From positions 3,968,001-4,032,000 of the forward strand of contig OZ242008.1 of NCBI GenBank assembly GCA_965204735.1: DNA of 64,000 nucleotides, written 5' to 3'. Made by a program: the position numbers and the translations under genes. The DNA is from Longimicrobiales bacterium. GTDB taxonomy: Bacteria; Gemmatimonadota; Gemmatimonadetes; Longimicrobiales; Gaopeijiaceae. Below the pieces are notes generated by a model. It was not told the DNA's origin and did not search any database. It was given only the letters and a program-made list of their open reading frames with translations. This document shows positions 1 through 9,967 of the stretch, in pieces. The first letter of the stretch is position 1. Every line of letters begins with the position of its first letter.

Positions 1-746
1 CCGCCTAGTCCGAGAGCCCCGGCCCAAGCCGCCCACACCCGCTTCCTCCGCGGGTTGTGCACCAACCTCTGCCCGCACAGCAGGGCCGTCGCGAACAGCA
101 GGAACTGCATCGTGTATCCCCGCGCGGCGGTGGCGTAGGCTGCGAAGTGCGTCGAGACGCTCACCAGCACGGTCGTGAACAAGGCGGCCCCAGGACCGTA
201 CTCGTCTCGCACGAAGCGCCACAGAATCGGAAGGAGCAGACAGAACGACAGGAACGCCGGCAAACGAAGCACGATCGGATTCAGGCCGCCAAGCTGGTAC
301 GCAACCCACAACAACAACGTGTGGAGCACATGGTTGTTGGGGTCGTCGTATGTGCCCGCCGCGACAGCAAAGGGTTGACCCACGACGTACTCAAGGGTTG
401 TGGCTTCGTCGACTGCAAGGATCCCGTCCAGTTGAAGCGCTGCCAGAACGATGCCCGTGCCGATTGCCGTCGTCACCAGCAACGCTTCCGCGCGCCCGCC
501 CGTCGCAAGCGAAGCGGGAAGCGCAGCAGGCGCGTCGGGGCCCGTGATCGCCCGGCAAGCCAGCAACATCGCCGAAAAAGCTGCCGCCGCGACCGCGAGG
601 TCGCGCCACGAGATCAACTCCCCCAGGAATGTGGGCTCCCACACCCAACCGGCGACGGCCCCGGCAGCTGCCAGGGCGCCCAAGCCCGCCACCGCTGGTG
701 TGCCCCAGCGCCAGAGCCCACCGGCGCCCAGCAGTGGCCGCGTCAT
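1..746 (-). CDS. Membrane glycosyltransferase, GT-C/family 39 (PMT-like); 3' end runs off the window
   Basis: Own translation from ATG at 746: MTRPLLGAGG..., several TM helices, DE motif (VDEATT), YDDPNNHVLHTLL, LRLPA, ARGYTM. Frame stays open to the window edge. Not in the ORF track. Confidence 0.7.
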   Translation of the reverse strand, partial: MTRPLLGAGGLWRWGTPAVAGLGALAAAGAVAGWVWEPTFLGELISWRDLAVAAAAFSAMLLACRAITGPDAPAALPASLATGGRAEALLVTTAIGTGIVLAALQLDGILAVDEATTLEYVVGQPFAVAAGTYDDPNNHVLHTLLLWVAYQLGGLNPIVLRLPAFLSFCLLLPILWRFVRDEYGPGAALFTTVLVSVSTHFAAYATAARGYTMQFLLFATALLCGQRLVHNPRRKRVWAAWAGALGLG

Positions 747-802
747 GCGCGTCGGGCCGTAACTACGGCGCCAGACATGCCCCGCGTTGCTGAGCTCGAC
801 AA

Positions 803-2245
803 TCAGACATGCAGCGCCCTTCCGAGGGCCGCCAGGGCGCCCTCCGCAACAGCTTCGGAAAGGGTGGGGTGCGGGTGCATCGCCCGGTCGATTTCCTCTA
901 CGGTGGACTCCAGGTGGCGCGCGACCACGAACTCGCCGATCAGCTCGGTGGCGTGGGGGCCTACCACGTGGGCGCCCAACACCTCCGAGTAGCGCACGTC
1001 GCGGATCACCTTGACGAAGCCCTCGGGGGTTCCGCCGGCAGCCAGGGCCCGGCCGTTTCCCACCCACGGGAACTTGCCGACCTCGATCTCCCTTCCCGCG
1101 TCGCGCGCCTGCTCTTCGGTCAACCCCACGGAAGCCACTTCTGGGTGGCAGTAAGTGCAGTTCGGGATGTTGCCGTAGTCGACTTGGTGATCTCCCGTTC
1201 CGGCAATGTGTTCGGCGGCCACGACGCCTTCGTGCATTCCCTTGTGGGCCAGCAGGGGCGGTCCCGCGCAGTCGCCCACCGCCCAGACGCCAGGCGCGCT
1301 GGTTCGCATCGCACCGTCCACCGCGACGAAGCCGCCCGACTCGGTCAGGGGGACGCCGGCAACGTCGAGTCCCACGTCTTCAGTGTTCGGAGCCCGCCCA
1401 ACAGCGGAAAGCACGTACTGCACCTCCAACCGGCGGTCTGCGCCGTCTGCGTCGGTGAAGGAGATCGTCGCGCCGTCGTCGCCGACCTCCGTTTCCTCCA
1501 CTCGGGCGCCTGCAAAGACGTCGATTCCCCGCCGCTTGAAGCTCCGTGCCACGGCGTCGGAGGAGTCGGCGTCCTCCACCGGCAGCACCCGGTCCAGCGC
1601 TTCGATTACGGTGACCTTCGTCCCGTACGCGTTGTAGATGTCGGCGAACTCCATGCCGACGGCGCCGGCTCCCACCACTGCCAGCGACTTTGGCGCCTCG
1701 TTCCGGAAGAGCGCGCCTGTCGACGACCACACCCGTTCCTCGTCGATCTTCAGGAACGGTAGGCTGCGGGGGCGGGAACCCGTGGCCAGGATCACGTCCT
1801 TCCCCTGGACCACCTGCTTGCGGCCGTCCTTCTCGACCTCCACGGCCCCGTCTCCCAGCAAGCGCCCCCAACCGTCCACATGGGTCACGCCGTTCTTCTT
1901 GAAGAGGAAGGAGACGCCCTTGGAGAGACGCGCGGCCACCGTCCGGCTCCGCTTCTGGGCGGGCCCCAGGTCGACGGAGAGGCCGTCGAAGGCGATGCCG
2001 TGGCCCTTGGCGTGAGCCAGCTCGTTGACCAGGAGGGCGCTGCTGAGCAGAGCCTTGGTGGGGATGCAGCCCACGTTCAGGCACACGCCGCCCAGCTTGT
2101 CGGCTTCCACGCACGCGGTGCGCAACCCCAGCTGGGCAGCCCGGATCGCGGCGACGTAGCCGCCTGGACCGCCGCCGACGACCACGACGTCGAAGTCTTG
2201 CTTGTTGTCGGAGCTGGGGATCGGGGGCTTGGAGTCGAGGGTCAC
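803..2245 (-). CDS. lpdA: Dihydrolipoyl dehydrogenase (E3)
   Basis: GGGPGGY FAD motif, GGVCLNVGCIP redox disulfide, GAGAVG NAD motif, C-terminal HPHPTLSE. Confidence 0.97.
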   Translation of the reverse strand: MTLDSKPPIPSSDNKQDFDVVVVGGGPGGYVAAIRAAQLGLRTACVEADKLGGVCLNVGCIPTKALLSSALLVNELAHAKGHGIAFDGLSVDLGPAQKRSRTVAARLSKGVSFLFKKNGVTHVDGWGRLLGDGAVEVEKDGRKQVVQGKDVILATGSRPRSLPFLKIDEERVWSSTGALFRNEAPKSLAVVGAGAVGMEFADIYNAYGTKVTVIEALDRVLPVEDADSSDAVARSFKRRGIDVFAGARVEETEVGDDGATISFTDADGADRRLEVQYVLSAVGRAPNTEDVGLDVAGVPLTESGGFVAVDGAMRTSAPGVWAVGDCAGPPLLAHKGMHEGVVAAEHIAGTGDHQVDYGNIPNCTYCHPEVASVGLTEEQARDAGREIEVGKFPWVGNGRALAAGGTPEGFVKVIRDVRYSEVLGAHVVGPHATELIGEFVVARHLESTVEEIDRAMHPHPTLSEAVAEGALAALGRALHV

Positions 2246-2346
2246 GGGGCGCCTCTTTGGAGTTTGAGCCGCGGTCGGCTCGGGAGGTGCGATCGTCCTG
2301 CAAAGCTAACGTGCACCGGGCTGACGGCACCGGAGCCGACGTCAAG

Positions 2347-3753
2347 TCAAAGGTCGTTCCGGTACACCTTGCCGCCCTTCATGACCCACGCCACGCGCTC
2401 CAGGAGCGTGATGTCGTCCAGTGGGTTGCCGCGAACGGCGATCAGGTCGGCGTACTTGCCCGGCTCGACGGCGCCTACGTCGGCTTCCCAGCCCATGATC
2501 ATGGCGGAGACGCTGGTGGCGGAGGTGATCGCGTCGATCTCGCTCTCGCCGAGTTCCACGCGGATCGCGAACTCGCGGGCGTTGTGCCCGTGCTCGAAGA
2601 CGCCCGCGTCGGTGGCGAAGCCGATCTCCAGCCCGGCTTCCAGCGCCCGTTGGAAGGAAGCGCCGCGGTGGCGCATCATCTCGGTGGAGCGGCGTATCTG
2701 GGCCTCGGGCACTCCCAGAGCGGCGCCGTCGCGGGGGACGATCACGCCCACGTAAAGGGTCGGCACGTAGTAGGTGCCGGTGCTGGCGACGAGCATCTGC
2801 ACGGCTTCCTCGTCGAGCATGGAGCCGTGGTCGATCGTGCGCACCCCCGCCCGGATCGCGGCCTTGATCCCCTCCGTGCCGTGGGCGTGGGCAGCGGCGA
2901 AGCTGCCCCAGCGCCGGGCTTCTTCCACGGCGACCGCCAGCTCGGCGTCCGAGTACTGCTGGGCGCCCGGCGACAGCCCTTGGGAGAGCACCGCGCCGGT
3001 GGCGAGTATCTTCGTGAAGTCGGCGCCGTGCTTGAAGTTGGTGCGCACGGCGGCCCGGACCTGGTCCACGCCGTCGGCCAAGTTCCGCACCGTGGGCACG
3101 TCCACGTAGATCGAGAACTGGCGGGCGTCGCCCGCTCCGCCGGTTGCCGAGACGTAGTTGCCTGCGACCTGCATTCGCGGCCCGGGGAGGACGCCGGCGT
3201 CGATCACGTCCCGCAGGGCCACGTCCACGTAGGGCCAAGTGGGTCCCATGTCGCGAACGGTGGTGAAGCCTGCCCGCAGGGTGGTCAGGGCGTTTGCGGC
3301 GCCGTGGAGGGCGGCGTCGGCGGGGGTGGTCGTGACCAGCACGTCCTCCCAGTGCACGCCCACTTCGTCGGTCAGGTGCGTGTGAAGGTCGATCAAGCCC
3401 GGGAGGAGGGTCGCGCCTTGCAGGTGGACGATCCGGTCGGCGGTCGCCGCTTCCGCGTCGGCGCCGACTGCGACGATGCGGTCGCCCTCCACCAGCACCG
3501 CTCCGGGCTCGCTCACCGCGCCCCTGCCGTCGATGAGGCGGGCGGCGCGGAGGAGGGTCGTCGGGCTGCCTTCCTGGGCCGCGACCGGTGCAGCCCCGGC
3601 GAAGACCCCAGCGGCGAGCAGGCATGACGCGAACCCGGCGGCCGGCCGGCGGGCACGGCCGTGGTTCAGGGACGGCCTTGCCCTGCGGGGATCGTCGGCG
3701 GCGCTGGGCTGGCCGTCGGTGCGGCGCTCGTCGTCCGTTCGGCTGGTCACCAA
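2347..3753 (-). CDS. Secreted metal-dependent amidohydrolase (Xaa-Pro dipeptidase-like)
   Basis: PGLIDLHTH, GFTTVRDMG, AHAHG, IDHG, ATDAG, GKYADLIAV; signal-peptide-like AAPVAAQE. Exact start uncertain. Confidence 0.9.
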   Translation of the reverse strand: MVTSRTDDERRTDGQPSAADDPRRARPSLNHGRARRPAAGFASCLLAAGVFAGAAPVAAQEGSPTTLLRAARLIDGRGAVSEPGAVLVEGDRIVAVGADAEAATADRIVHLQGATLLPGLIDLHTHLTDEVGVHWEDVLVTTTPADAALHGAANALTTLRAGFTTVRDMGPTWPYVDVALRDVIDAGVLPGPRMQVAGNYVSATGGAGDARQFSIYVDVPTVRNLADGVDQVRAAVRTNFKHGADFTKILATGAVLSQGLSPGAQQYSDAELAVAVEEARRWGSFAAAHAHGTEGIKAAIRAGVRTIDHGSMLDEEAVQMLVASTGTYYVPTLYVGVIVPRDGAALGVPEAQIRRSTEMMRHRGASFQRALEAGLEIGFATDAGVFEHGHNAREFAIRVELGESEIDAITSATSVSAMIMGWEADVGAVEPGKYADLIAVRGNPLDDITLLERVAWVMKGGKVYRNDL

Positions 3754-3767
3754 AGCTGCTTTCGTCT

Positions 3768-3835
3768 TCGTGGGGGCTCCCGGACGGCCTCGCGGGGGCG
3801 ACGTCCGCGTGGGGCTTCCATATGTCGTGGGGCTC
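3768..3835 (+). repeat. Four imperfect CG(T/C)GGGG(G)C direct repeats in an intergenic gap
   Basis: G-runs at 3772-3776, 3794-3798, 3811-3814 and 3829-3832, each preceded by CGT/CGC and followed by C. Confidence 0.5.
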
Positions 3836-5134
3836 TCAGATCAGGATCGCCGCCGGCTCTTCCAGGAACTCCTTGAGGGTTGCCAGGAAGCGGGCGCCCT
3901 GGGCGCCGTCGATCACCCGGTGGTCGCAGCTCATCGTCAGGCGCATCCCGGGCCGCGGCACGACTTGGCCGTCCACCACCACGGGCCTTTCTTCCACCGC
4001 GCCCACAGCCAGGATGCCGGCTTCCGGCGGGTTGATCACCGCCGTGAACTCTTCGATCCCGAACATCCCCAGGTTGGAGATGGAGAAGGTGGAGCCGGTG
4101 TACTCGCGCGGCTGGAGCTTCTTCTCGCGTGCGCGGGCGGCCAGCTCCCGGACTTCGGCGGCGATCCGCGCCAGCCCCTTGGCCTGGGCGTCCCGGATCA
4201 CAGGCGTGATGAGGCCGTCGGGCACGGCGACCGCGACGCCGACGTGGACTCGGTTGAAGCGGCGGATGCGGTCCTCCTGCCACCAAGCGTTGCACTCGGG
4301 GTGACGAGCGAGGGCGGCCGCCGCGGCCTTGATCACCAGGTCGTTGAGGGACGCCTTCCCGCCATGGGCCTCCAGCATCTCGTTGACCCGGGCCCGCACC
4401 TCCAGCGCGCGCGTCATGTCCACGTCCACTGTCAGGAAGAAGTGGGGGACCGGACCCAGCGACTCGACCAGCCGACGCGCGACCGTCTTCCGCATCTGGG
4501 TGAGGGGAACGTCTTCGAACTCGGGAAGGGAGGCGTCGAGCGCGAACGGAGGGAGGGCGGGGGACTCGACGGCGGCAGCTGTCGCGGCGTCGCCGGCCGC
4601 GGCAGCCGTGGCAGCTGCCTCGACGTCCCGCTTGACGACTCTGCCGCCGGGCCCGGAACCCGCGACGGCGCGCAAGTCCACTTCGAGGTCGTCGGCCAGT
4701 CGCTTGGCCAGGGGAGACGCCTTCACGCGGCCGGAAGAGACTTGCGTGGGCGACGAAGGCCCGGGAGACGCCGGAGCGACCGCAGCCGACTCCACCGCGC
4801 TTGATCCGCTCGCCGTGGTCGCGGGCTCGGCCGGCGGGGCAGCCCCCTTCCCGTCCCCCGACCACGCCCCGGCCGCCAGCGCCGCGATCTCCTCGTCGGC
4901 CTCGGCGATCACGGCGATCACCTCGCCGACCGGTACCACCGCCCCTTCGCCGGCGAAGACGGCGCGAAGCACCCCGTCCCCGCGCGCCACCAGCTCCATC
5001 GTGGCCTTGTCGGTCTCGATCTCGGCGAGCACGTCGCCCTGGGCCACCGGGTCTCCCTCGCCCTTCAGCCACGTCACGACCTGGCCCTCCTCCATCGTCG
5101 GGGAGAGCGCCTCCATGTGCACCTTGGTCGGCAT
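3836..5134 (-). CDS. pdhC: Pyruvate dehydrogenase E2, dihydrolipoamide acetyltransferase
   Basis: Start MPTKVHMEALSPTMEEG; lipoyl motif EIETDKATME; E3-binding ASPLAKRLA; catalytic DHRVIDG. Confidence 0.95.
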   Translation of the reverse strand: MPTKVHMEALSPTMEEGQVVTWLKGEGDPVAQGDVLAEIETDKATMELVARGDGVLRAVFAGEGAVVPVGEVIAVIAEADEEIAALAAGAWSGDGKGAAPPAEPATTASGSSAVESAAVAPASPGPSSPTQVSSGRVKASPLAKRLADDLEVDLRAVAGSGPGGRVVKRDVEAAATAAAAGDAATAAAVESPALPPFALDASLPEFEDVPLTQMRKTVARRLVESLGPVPHFFLTVDVDMTRALEVRARVNEMLEAHGGKASLNDLVIKAAAAALARHPECNAWWQEDRIRRFNRVHVGVAVAVPDGLITPVIRDAQAKGLARIAAEVRELAARAREKKLQPREYTGSTFSISNLGMFGIEEFTAVINPPEAGILAVGAVEERPVVVDGQVVPRPGMRLTMSCDHRVIDGAQGARFLATLKEFLEEPAAILI

Positions 5135-5139
5135 CGCGC

Positions 5140-6129
5140 TCAAGCCTCCGCCGTCGCGTACAGCGTCTTCCGACACGCCTCGACCACTTGGGCCGCGCCG
5201 GGCTTGGCCAACTGCTCCAGGTTCTTGGCGTAGGGCATGGGAACGTCGGCTTGGCCGACGCGGACGACCGGCGCGTCGAGCTCGTCGAACGCCTCGTCCT
5301 GAATCAGCGCGGCGATCTGGGCGCCGACGCCGGCGAAGGGCCACCCCTCTTCCAGGTACACCACTCGGTTGGTGCGGGCGACCGTTTCCAGGATCGCGTC
5401 CACGTCCAGGGGCCGGATCGTGCGGAGGTCCAGCACGTCGGCCTCGATCCCCTCTCGGGCCAGCTTCCCCGCCGCCTGCAACGCCACATGGACCATCTTG
5501 CCGTGGGTGACGATGCTCACGTCGCCGCCGGAGCGCTTCAGCTCCGCCACGCCCAGCGGGATCACGTGCTCGCCGTCCGGCACATCGCCCCTTGCGTTGT
5601 AGAGCAGCTCGCCCTCCATGACCGCTACCGGGTCGTCGTCGCGGATGGCGGCGGCCAGGAGTCCCTTGGCGTCGGCGGGAGTGGCGGGGGTCGCCAGCTT
5701 CACTCCGGGAGCGTGGACGTAGTACGTCTCGCAGGCCTGGGAGTGCTGGGCGGAGAGCTGGAGGGCGGCGCCCGTGGGTCCCCGGAAGACCATGGGGACA
5801 TTGATCTGCCCGTTGGTCATGTACAGCATCTTCGCGGCGCTGTTGATCACTTGGTCGAGCGCGAGGATCGAGAAGTTGAAGGTCATGAACTCGCAGATCG
5901 GCCGTAGGCCCGCCATCGCGGCGCCCACGCAAAGGCCCGCAAAGCCCAGCTCGCTGATCGGCGAGTCCACCACGCGTCGGTCGCCGAAGCGGTCCAGCAT
6001 TCCCTTCGAGACCTTGTAGGCCCCGTCGTACTCGGCGACCTCCTCTCCCATGAGGAACACGGTGTCGTCCCGTTCCATTTCCTGGACCATGGCGGCGTTC
6101 AGCGCTTCCCGGTAGGTCATTTCAGCCAT
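5140..6129 (-). CDS. pdhB: Pyruvate dehydrogenase E1 beta subunit
   Basis: MAEMTYREAL, GEEVAEYDGAYKVS, DSPISELGF, AQHSQ. Confidence 0.96.
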   Translation of the reverse strand: MAEMTYREALNAAMVQEMERDDTVFLMGEEVAEYDGAYKVSKGMLDRFGDRRVVDSPISELGFAGLCVGAAMAGLRPICEFMTFNFSILALDQVINSAAKMLYMTNGQINVPMVFRGPTGAALQLSAQHSQACETYYVHAPGVKLATPATPADAKGLLAAAIRDDDPVAVMEGELLYNARGDVPDGEHVIPLGVAELKRSGGDVSIVTHGKMVHVALQAAGKLAREGIEADVLDLRTIRPLDVDAILETVARTNRVVYLEEGWPFAGVGAQIAALIQDEAFDELDAPVVRVGQADVPMPYAKNLEQLAKPGAAQVVEACRKTLYATAEA

Positions 6130-7240
6130 TGACGGGCCCTCTGCCGGCGACCGCCGACTCCTCCGGCGCCGCCGCGTCGGCCCGCCCGTCGAGGAAGAGC
6201 CGTCCACGTCCTTCGGCCTCGGCGTACACGTGGTCGTAGAGGGTCGAGGCGTCCGGCATGGGCGAGGCGTCCGCGAAGTCGGCGGCGTCCTGGCAAACCG
6301 CCTTCACCTCGGCGTCGACGGCCTCGAGGGCCTTCTGGTCCAGCAGGCCCGCGTCCGTCATGCGGTCCCGGAGCAGCGCGATCGGGTCCCTCTCCTTCAG
6401 CTGCCTGTCGAGCTCCTCCTTGGAGCGGTAGGTGCCCGACACGGGGTCCGACATGGAGTGGCCTCGGAAGCGGCAGGTCAGCGCGTTCACGAACTGGGGT
6501 CCCGCCCCGTCCCGCACCTTCTCCGCTAGCCGGGCAAAGAAGTCGTGGGTCCCCAGGACGTCCTGCCCGTCTATTGTGTGGGCCGGGATTCCGTAGGCTG
6601 CCGAGCGCTCCTCCATCTTGGTGACCGAGACGCGGGAGAACGCCGTGCCCATGCCGTAGCCGTTGTTCTCGACGACGTAGATCACCGGCAGCCGCCAGAT
6701 CGCCGCCATGTTCAGCGACTCCAGGAACGCGCCTTGGTTGACGGCCGCGTCGCCCATGAAGCAGACGCACACTTCATCGCCGCCCCGGTACTTGATCGCC
6801 CACGCCAGTCCGGTGCCCAACGGTATCTGCCCGCCGACGATCCCGTGGCCGCCCATGAAGCCGACCTCGGTGTCGAAGAGGTGCATCGACCCGCCCCGTC
6901 CTCCGCAGCAGCCGTCCACCCTTCCGTAGAGCTCGGCCATGACGGCCCGGGGCGCGATCCCCTTGGCGATCGCCTGGGTGTGCTCCCGGTAGGCGGTGAT
7001 CACCAAGTCTTCCCGGCGCAGCGGCTTGATCGCGCCGGCGGCCAGCCCTTCCTGGCCGATGTGGATATGGCAAAACCCCCCGATCTTCCCTATCGAGTAC
7101 GCCTCTTCCGCCTTCTCCTCGAAGCGGCGGTAGAGGAGCATCTCGCGCAGAAGCGCGCGGAGCTGTTCCGGGGAGAAGCCTGCGATGCCCGACGCCGCGG
7201 CGCCTGCGGCGGGCGGGGCTTCCGGCGCTGCCGTTGCCAT
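6122..7240 (-). CDS. pdhA: Pyruvate dehydrogenase E1 alpha subunit
   Basis: GKIGGFCHIHIGQE, GGSMH, TPP motif GDAAVNQG...ENN, RFRGHSMSDP. Confidence 0.96.
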   Translation of the reverse strand: MATAAPEAPPAAGAAASGIAGFSPEQLRALLREMLLYRRFEEKAEEAYSIGKIGGFCHIHIGQEGLAAGAIKPLRREDLVITAYREHTQAIAKGIAPRAVMAELYGRVDGCCGGRGGSMHLFDTEVGFMGGHGIVGGQIPLGTGLAWAIKYRGGDEVCVCFMGDAAVNQGAFLESLNMAAIWRLPVIYVVENNGYGMGTAFSRVSVTKMEERSAAYGIPAHTIDGQDVLGTHDFFARLAEKVRDGAGPQFVNALTCRFRGHSMSDPVSGTYRSKEELDRQLKERDPIALLRDRMTDAGLLDQKALEAVDAEVKAVCQDAADFADASPMPDASTLYDHVYAEAEGRGRLFLDGRADAAAPEESAVAGRGPVNG

Positions 7241-7249
7241 GGCGACTGG

Positions 7250-8428
7250 TCAGCCTCCTGCTGCTGCTGTGGGTGGGTGCGACGGACGGACGGTCCGAAG
7301 GGGTATCAGCCGGGACGGCGACGACGGCGACGCCGCCGGTGCCGGAGGCGCGCAGGCGGCCAGCGCTTCTCGCCGGACCTCCGCCGGAGCCGGCACGTCG
7401 GCTTCGAGGACGGCCTGGATCGCGCCCGGGCCGCCGGCCTCCACCTCCCTGGCCTGCTCCTTGGCGTGGTAGCTGGAGCGGACCAGGGCTCCAGACTCCA
7501 CATGGCGGAAGCCGAACTCGCCTTCGCCCACCCGCTTCCACTCCCGAAACTCGTCGGGCGCGACCCATCGCGCCACTGGGATGTGCTGCTCGGACGGCCT
7601 CAGGTACTGGCCCAGGGTCAGGATGTCCACTGCCGCCGCCCGCAGGTCGGCCATCGCCTGGCGGATCTCGTTCTCGCGTTCCCCCATGCCCAGGATGATT
7701 CCCGTCTTGGTGAGCGTCCCGGGGTCGATCCGCTTGGCCGCCCCCAGGTACGAGATCGAGCGCCAGTAGCGCCCGCCCGGGCGCACGTCGGGGTGCAGCC
7801 GCTCCACCGTCTCCAGGTTGTGGCCCAGGATCGCGGGTCCGGCGGCCATGACCGTGCGCAGGGCCGCTTCGTCGCCCTTGAAGTCGGGGATCAGCACCTC
7901 CACGGAGCACTCCGGGAGCCGGCTTCGCACTTGCCGGATCGTCTCGGCGTAGATGCTGGCGCCGCCGTCGGCCAGCTCGTCCCGGTTGACCGACGTGATC
8001 ACCACGTGGTCCAGCTCCATGGCGGCGACGGTGTCGGCCACCCGTCGAGGCTCGTCCAGGTCCAGCTCGGTGGGCATCCCGTGGGCCACGGCGCAGTACT
8101 TGCAAGCCCTGGTGCACACGTCGCCCAGGATCATGAAGGTGGCGGTCCCCGCCTCCCAGCACTCGCCGATGTTGGGGCAACCGGCTTCTTCGCAGACGGT
8201 GTGGAGGGAGCGGCTCCGCATCAGCCTCTTGAGGCGGAGGTAGTTGGGACCCCCCGGCGACCGAACCTTCAGCCAGGACGGCTTCCGGGACGTGATGGGG
8301 ATCGTGTCCAGCCCTTCGTGGGCGCGTATCCGGGACGTGCCCTTGGGCTTGACTTGGCCCGTGTCCTTGCCCGCCGGGGCGTAGCCGCCCGGGGCAGTGC
8401 GGGTGGGACCTCGCGTCAATACCGTCAT
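7250..8428 (-). CDS. lipA: Lipoyl synthase
   Basis: CEEAGCPNIGECW and CTRACKYC cluster motifs; RSSY motif. Confidence 0.97.
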   Translation of the reverse strand: MTVLTRGPTRTAPGGYAPAGKDTGQVKPKGTSRIRAHEGLDTIPITSRKPSWLKVRSPGGPNYLRLKRLMRSRSLHTVCEEAGCPNIGECWEAGTATFMILGDVCTRACKYCAVAHGMPTELDLDEPRRVADTVAAMELDHVVITSVNRDELADGGASIYAETIRQVRSRLPECSVEVLIPDFKGDEAALRTVMAAGPAILGHNLETVERLHPDVRPGGRYWRSISYLGAAKRIDPGTLTKTGIILGMGERENEIRQAMADLRAAAVDILTLGQYLRPSEQHIPVARWVAPDEFREWKRVGEGEFGFRHVESGALVRSSYHAKEQAREVEAGGPGAIQAVLEADVPAPAEVRREALAACAPPAPAASPSSPSRLIPLRTVRPSHPPTAAAGG

Positions 8429-8655
8429 GGCTCCTCAGGTCCGTCAGCGATCACAATCCAGCTGTCTTCGAATCCCACTGCGTCGAGAACCTGCCGAAAA
8501 CCTACTCGTTCGGGGCGTTCGCATATCGTGAATCGGCGAGCAGATCCCGGAACAGCCCGGATGATCGTAAACTGCGAGCCGCGCGGCTGCTCTCCAACGG
8601 GCCATGGACCTTCCCGTACCGTCGGGTTGCCCCGCAGCCGCACGTTGTCATGCAT
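8425..8655 (-). pseudogene. 76-aa ORF, probable internally deleted restriction endonuclease remnant
   Basis: ATG overlaps the MTase stop (ATGCATGA) and its stop overlaps the lipA ATG (ATGA). MHDNVRLRG...WPVGE joined to QPRGSQFTIIR...DSWI resembles, from memory, the two ends of partner proteins of this MTase type. Confidence 0.5.
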
Positions 8656-9715
8656 ATGCCGAAACCAGACTCTTGATGACGGCCTCGACGACAGGCACGG
8701 CGACTGCATTCCCGGTCAACCTGCGGGCGACCGATACCTGGGTCGGTATCTCGAACGAATCGGGAAAGCCTTGCAGACGAAACATTTCGCGCTCCGTGAG
8801 CCGTCGCTCTCCGTTCACCAAGAGGTAGTTGTAGCTGGCTCCTGCTCGCAATGCGCATGAGAACGGATGGCTCGACACGTTGCCGCCCTTGTTCTCGTGC
8901 CATATCGCCGGGCGGACAGCGGCGCGGTGCTTCGCGTGTCTTGATTTTCTAATGGCCTCGGACGCAAAGTGCTTCGGATCGGGGTCTGGTTCAAGCAGCT
9001 CGGCCAGATGCCTCATAGGAAGGCAGTTGATCGGCCACGGAAACTCTTCCTGGATGGGCCTGTCCATCGCCACGATGAATACCCGGCGTCGGCTCTGCGG
9101 CAGGCCAAAATGCAGAGCATTCAGTATGCTCCAGGCAACGCTGTACCCCATGCGCTCCAGCGCCCCGCGCACCCACTTGAACGCTTCGCCTTGGCGATTG
9201 GTGACAAACTGAGGAACGTTTTCGAGCACAACAGCCCGGGGCCGCTTGACGCGCAAGATTCGTTCTATGTGACCAAACAATGTGCCCCGGGCGTCGTTCA
9301 GTCCCTTCTGGTTGCCGATGATGCTGAACGGTTGGCAAGGGAAGCCCGCAAAGAGCATGTCGTGGTCGGGAACGTCCTGTGCGTCCACGCGAGCAATGTC
9401 GCCTGCCGGCTCAAGACCGAAGTTGCGCTTGTACCACTCCCTGGCAATCGGGTCGATTTCGCATGCGAACACGGATTTCATGCCCTGCTTGGAAGCCGCC
9501 ACGTGAAACCCGCCGATTCCGCAAAACATGTCGACGAATGTCTTCAAGTCGGCGACAGCTTCCAGCCTTCCGTCCCGGGGTTCCGACGGCGGCTGCACGG
9601 CGATCCCCAGAAGTTCAGGTTCCAGTGTTGGGGGTGTCTCAGCCTTCCCCTTGACTCGCGGGGAAACCGGACCCTGCGATGGCGCCCCTCCGCTGGCAGG
9701 CGACTTCGGGCGCAC
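8648..9715 (-). CDS. dcm: DNA (cytosine-5)-methyltransferase
   Basis: Motifs I FCGIGG, IV GFPCQPFS, VI ENV, VIII QSRRRVF, IX RRLTEREMFRLQGFP, X GNAV; visibly lower GC than flanks. Confidence 0.95.
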   Translation of the reverse strand: MRPKSPASGGAPSQGPVSPRVKGKAETPPTLEPELLGIAVQPPSEPRDGRLEAVADLKTFVDMFCGIGGFHVAASKQGMKSVFACEIDPIAREWYKRNFGLEPAGDIARVDAQDVPDHDMLFAGFPCQPFSIIGNQKGLNDARGTLFGHIERILRVKRPRAVVLENVPQFVTNRQGEAFKWVRGALERMGYSVAWSILNALHFGLPQSRRRVFIVAMDRPIQEEFPWPINCLPMRHLAELLEPDPDPKHFASEAIRKSRHAKHRAAVRPAIWHENKGGNVSSHPFSCALRAGASYNYLLVNGERRLTEREMFRLQGFPDSFEIPTQVSVARRLTGNAVAVPVVEAVIKSLVSAYA

Positions 9716-9967
9716 AGGCCTGCGGGCCCGCGGAAACCGTTGATGAGCGTGTGCGTGGTTGACGGCTAGTTGCTCCTTCGATCGGTGGTCCTCAGACGCT
9801 CGCGACCAAACTTACGCGGGCCTCTGCGCAGGGGGCGAAAATGCCTGCGGGAGTGTCGGGTCGCCGGCGTCGGTCGCGGCCGGAGTCACGCCCAAAGTTA
9901 GCACCCTCGCCCCACCGCCGGAAGTGTCCAGCCCGCCGGGCTGTGCCGACCTCGTCCGTCGCCAGCC

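Noticed and set aside
57..992. 311-aa plus-strand ORF
   Set aside because: Antisense to the glycosyltransferase and lpdA; Arg/Gln-rich with no motif.
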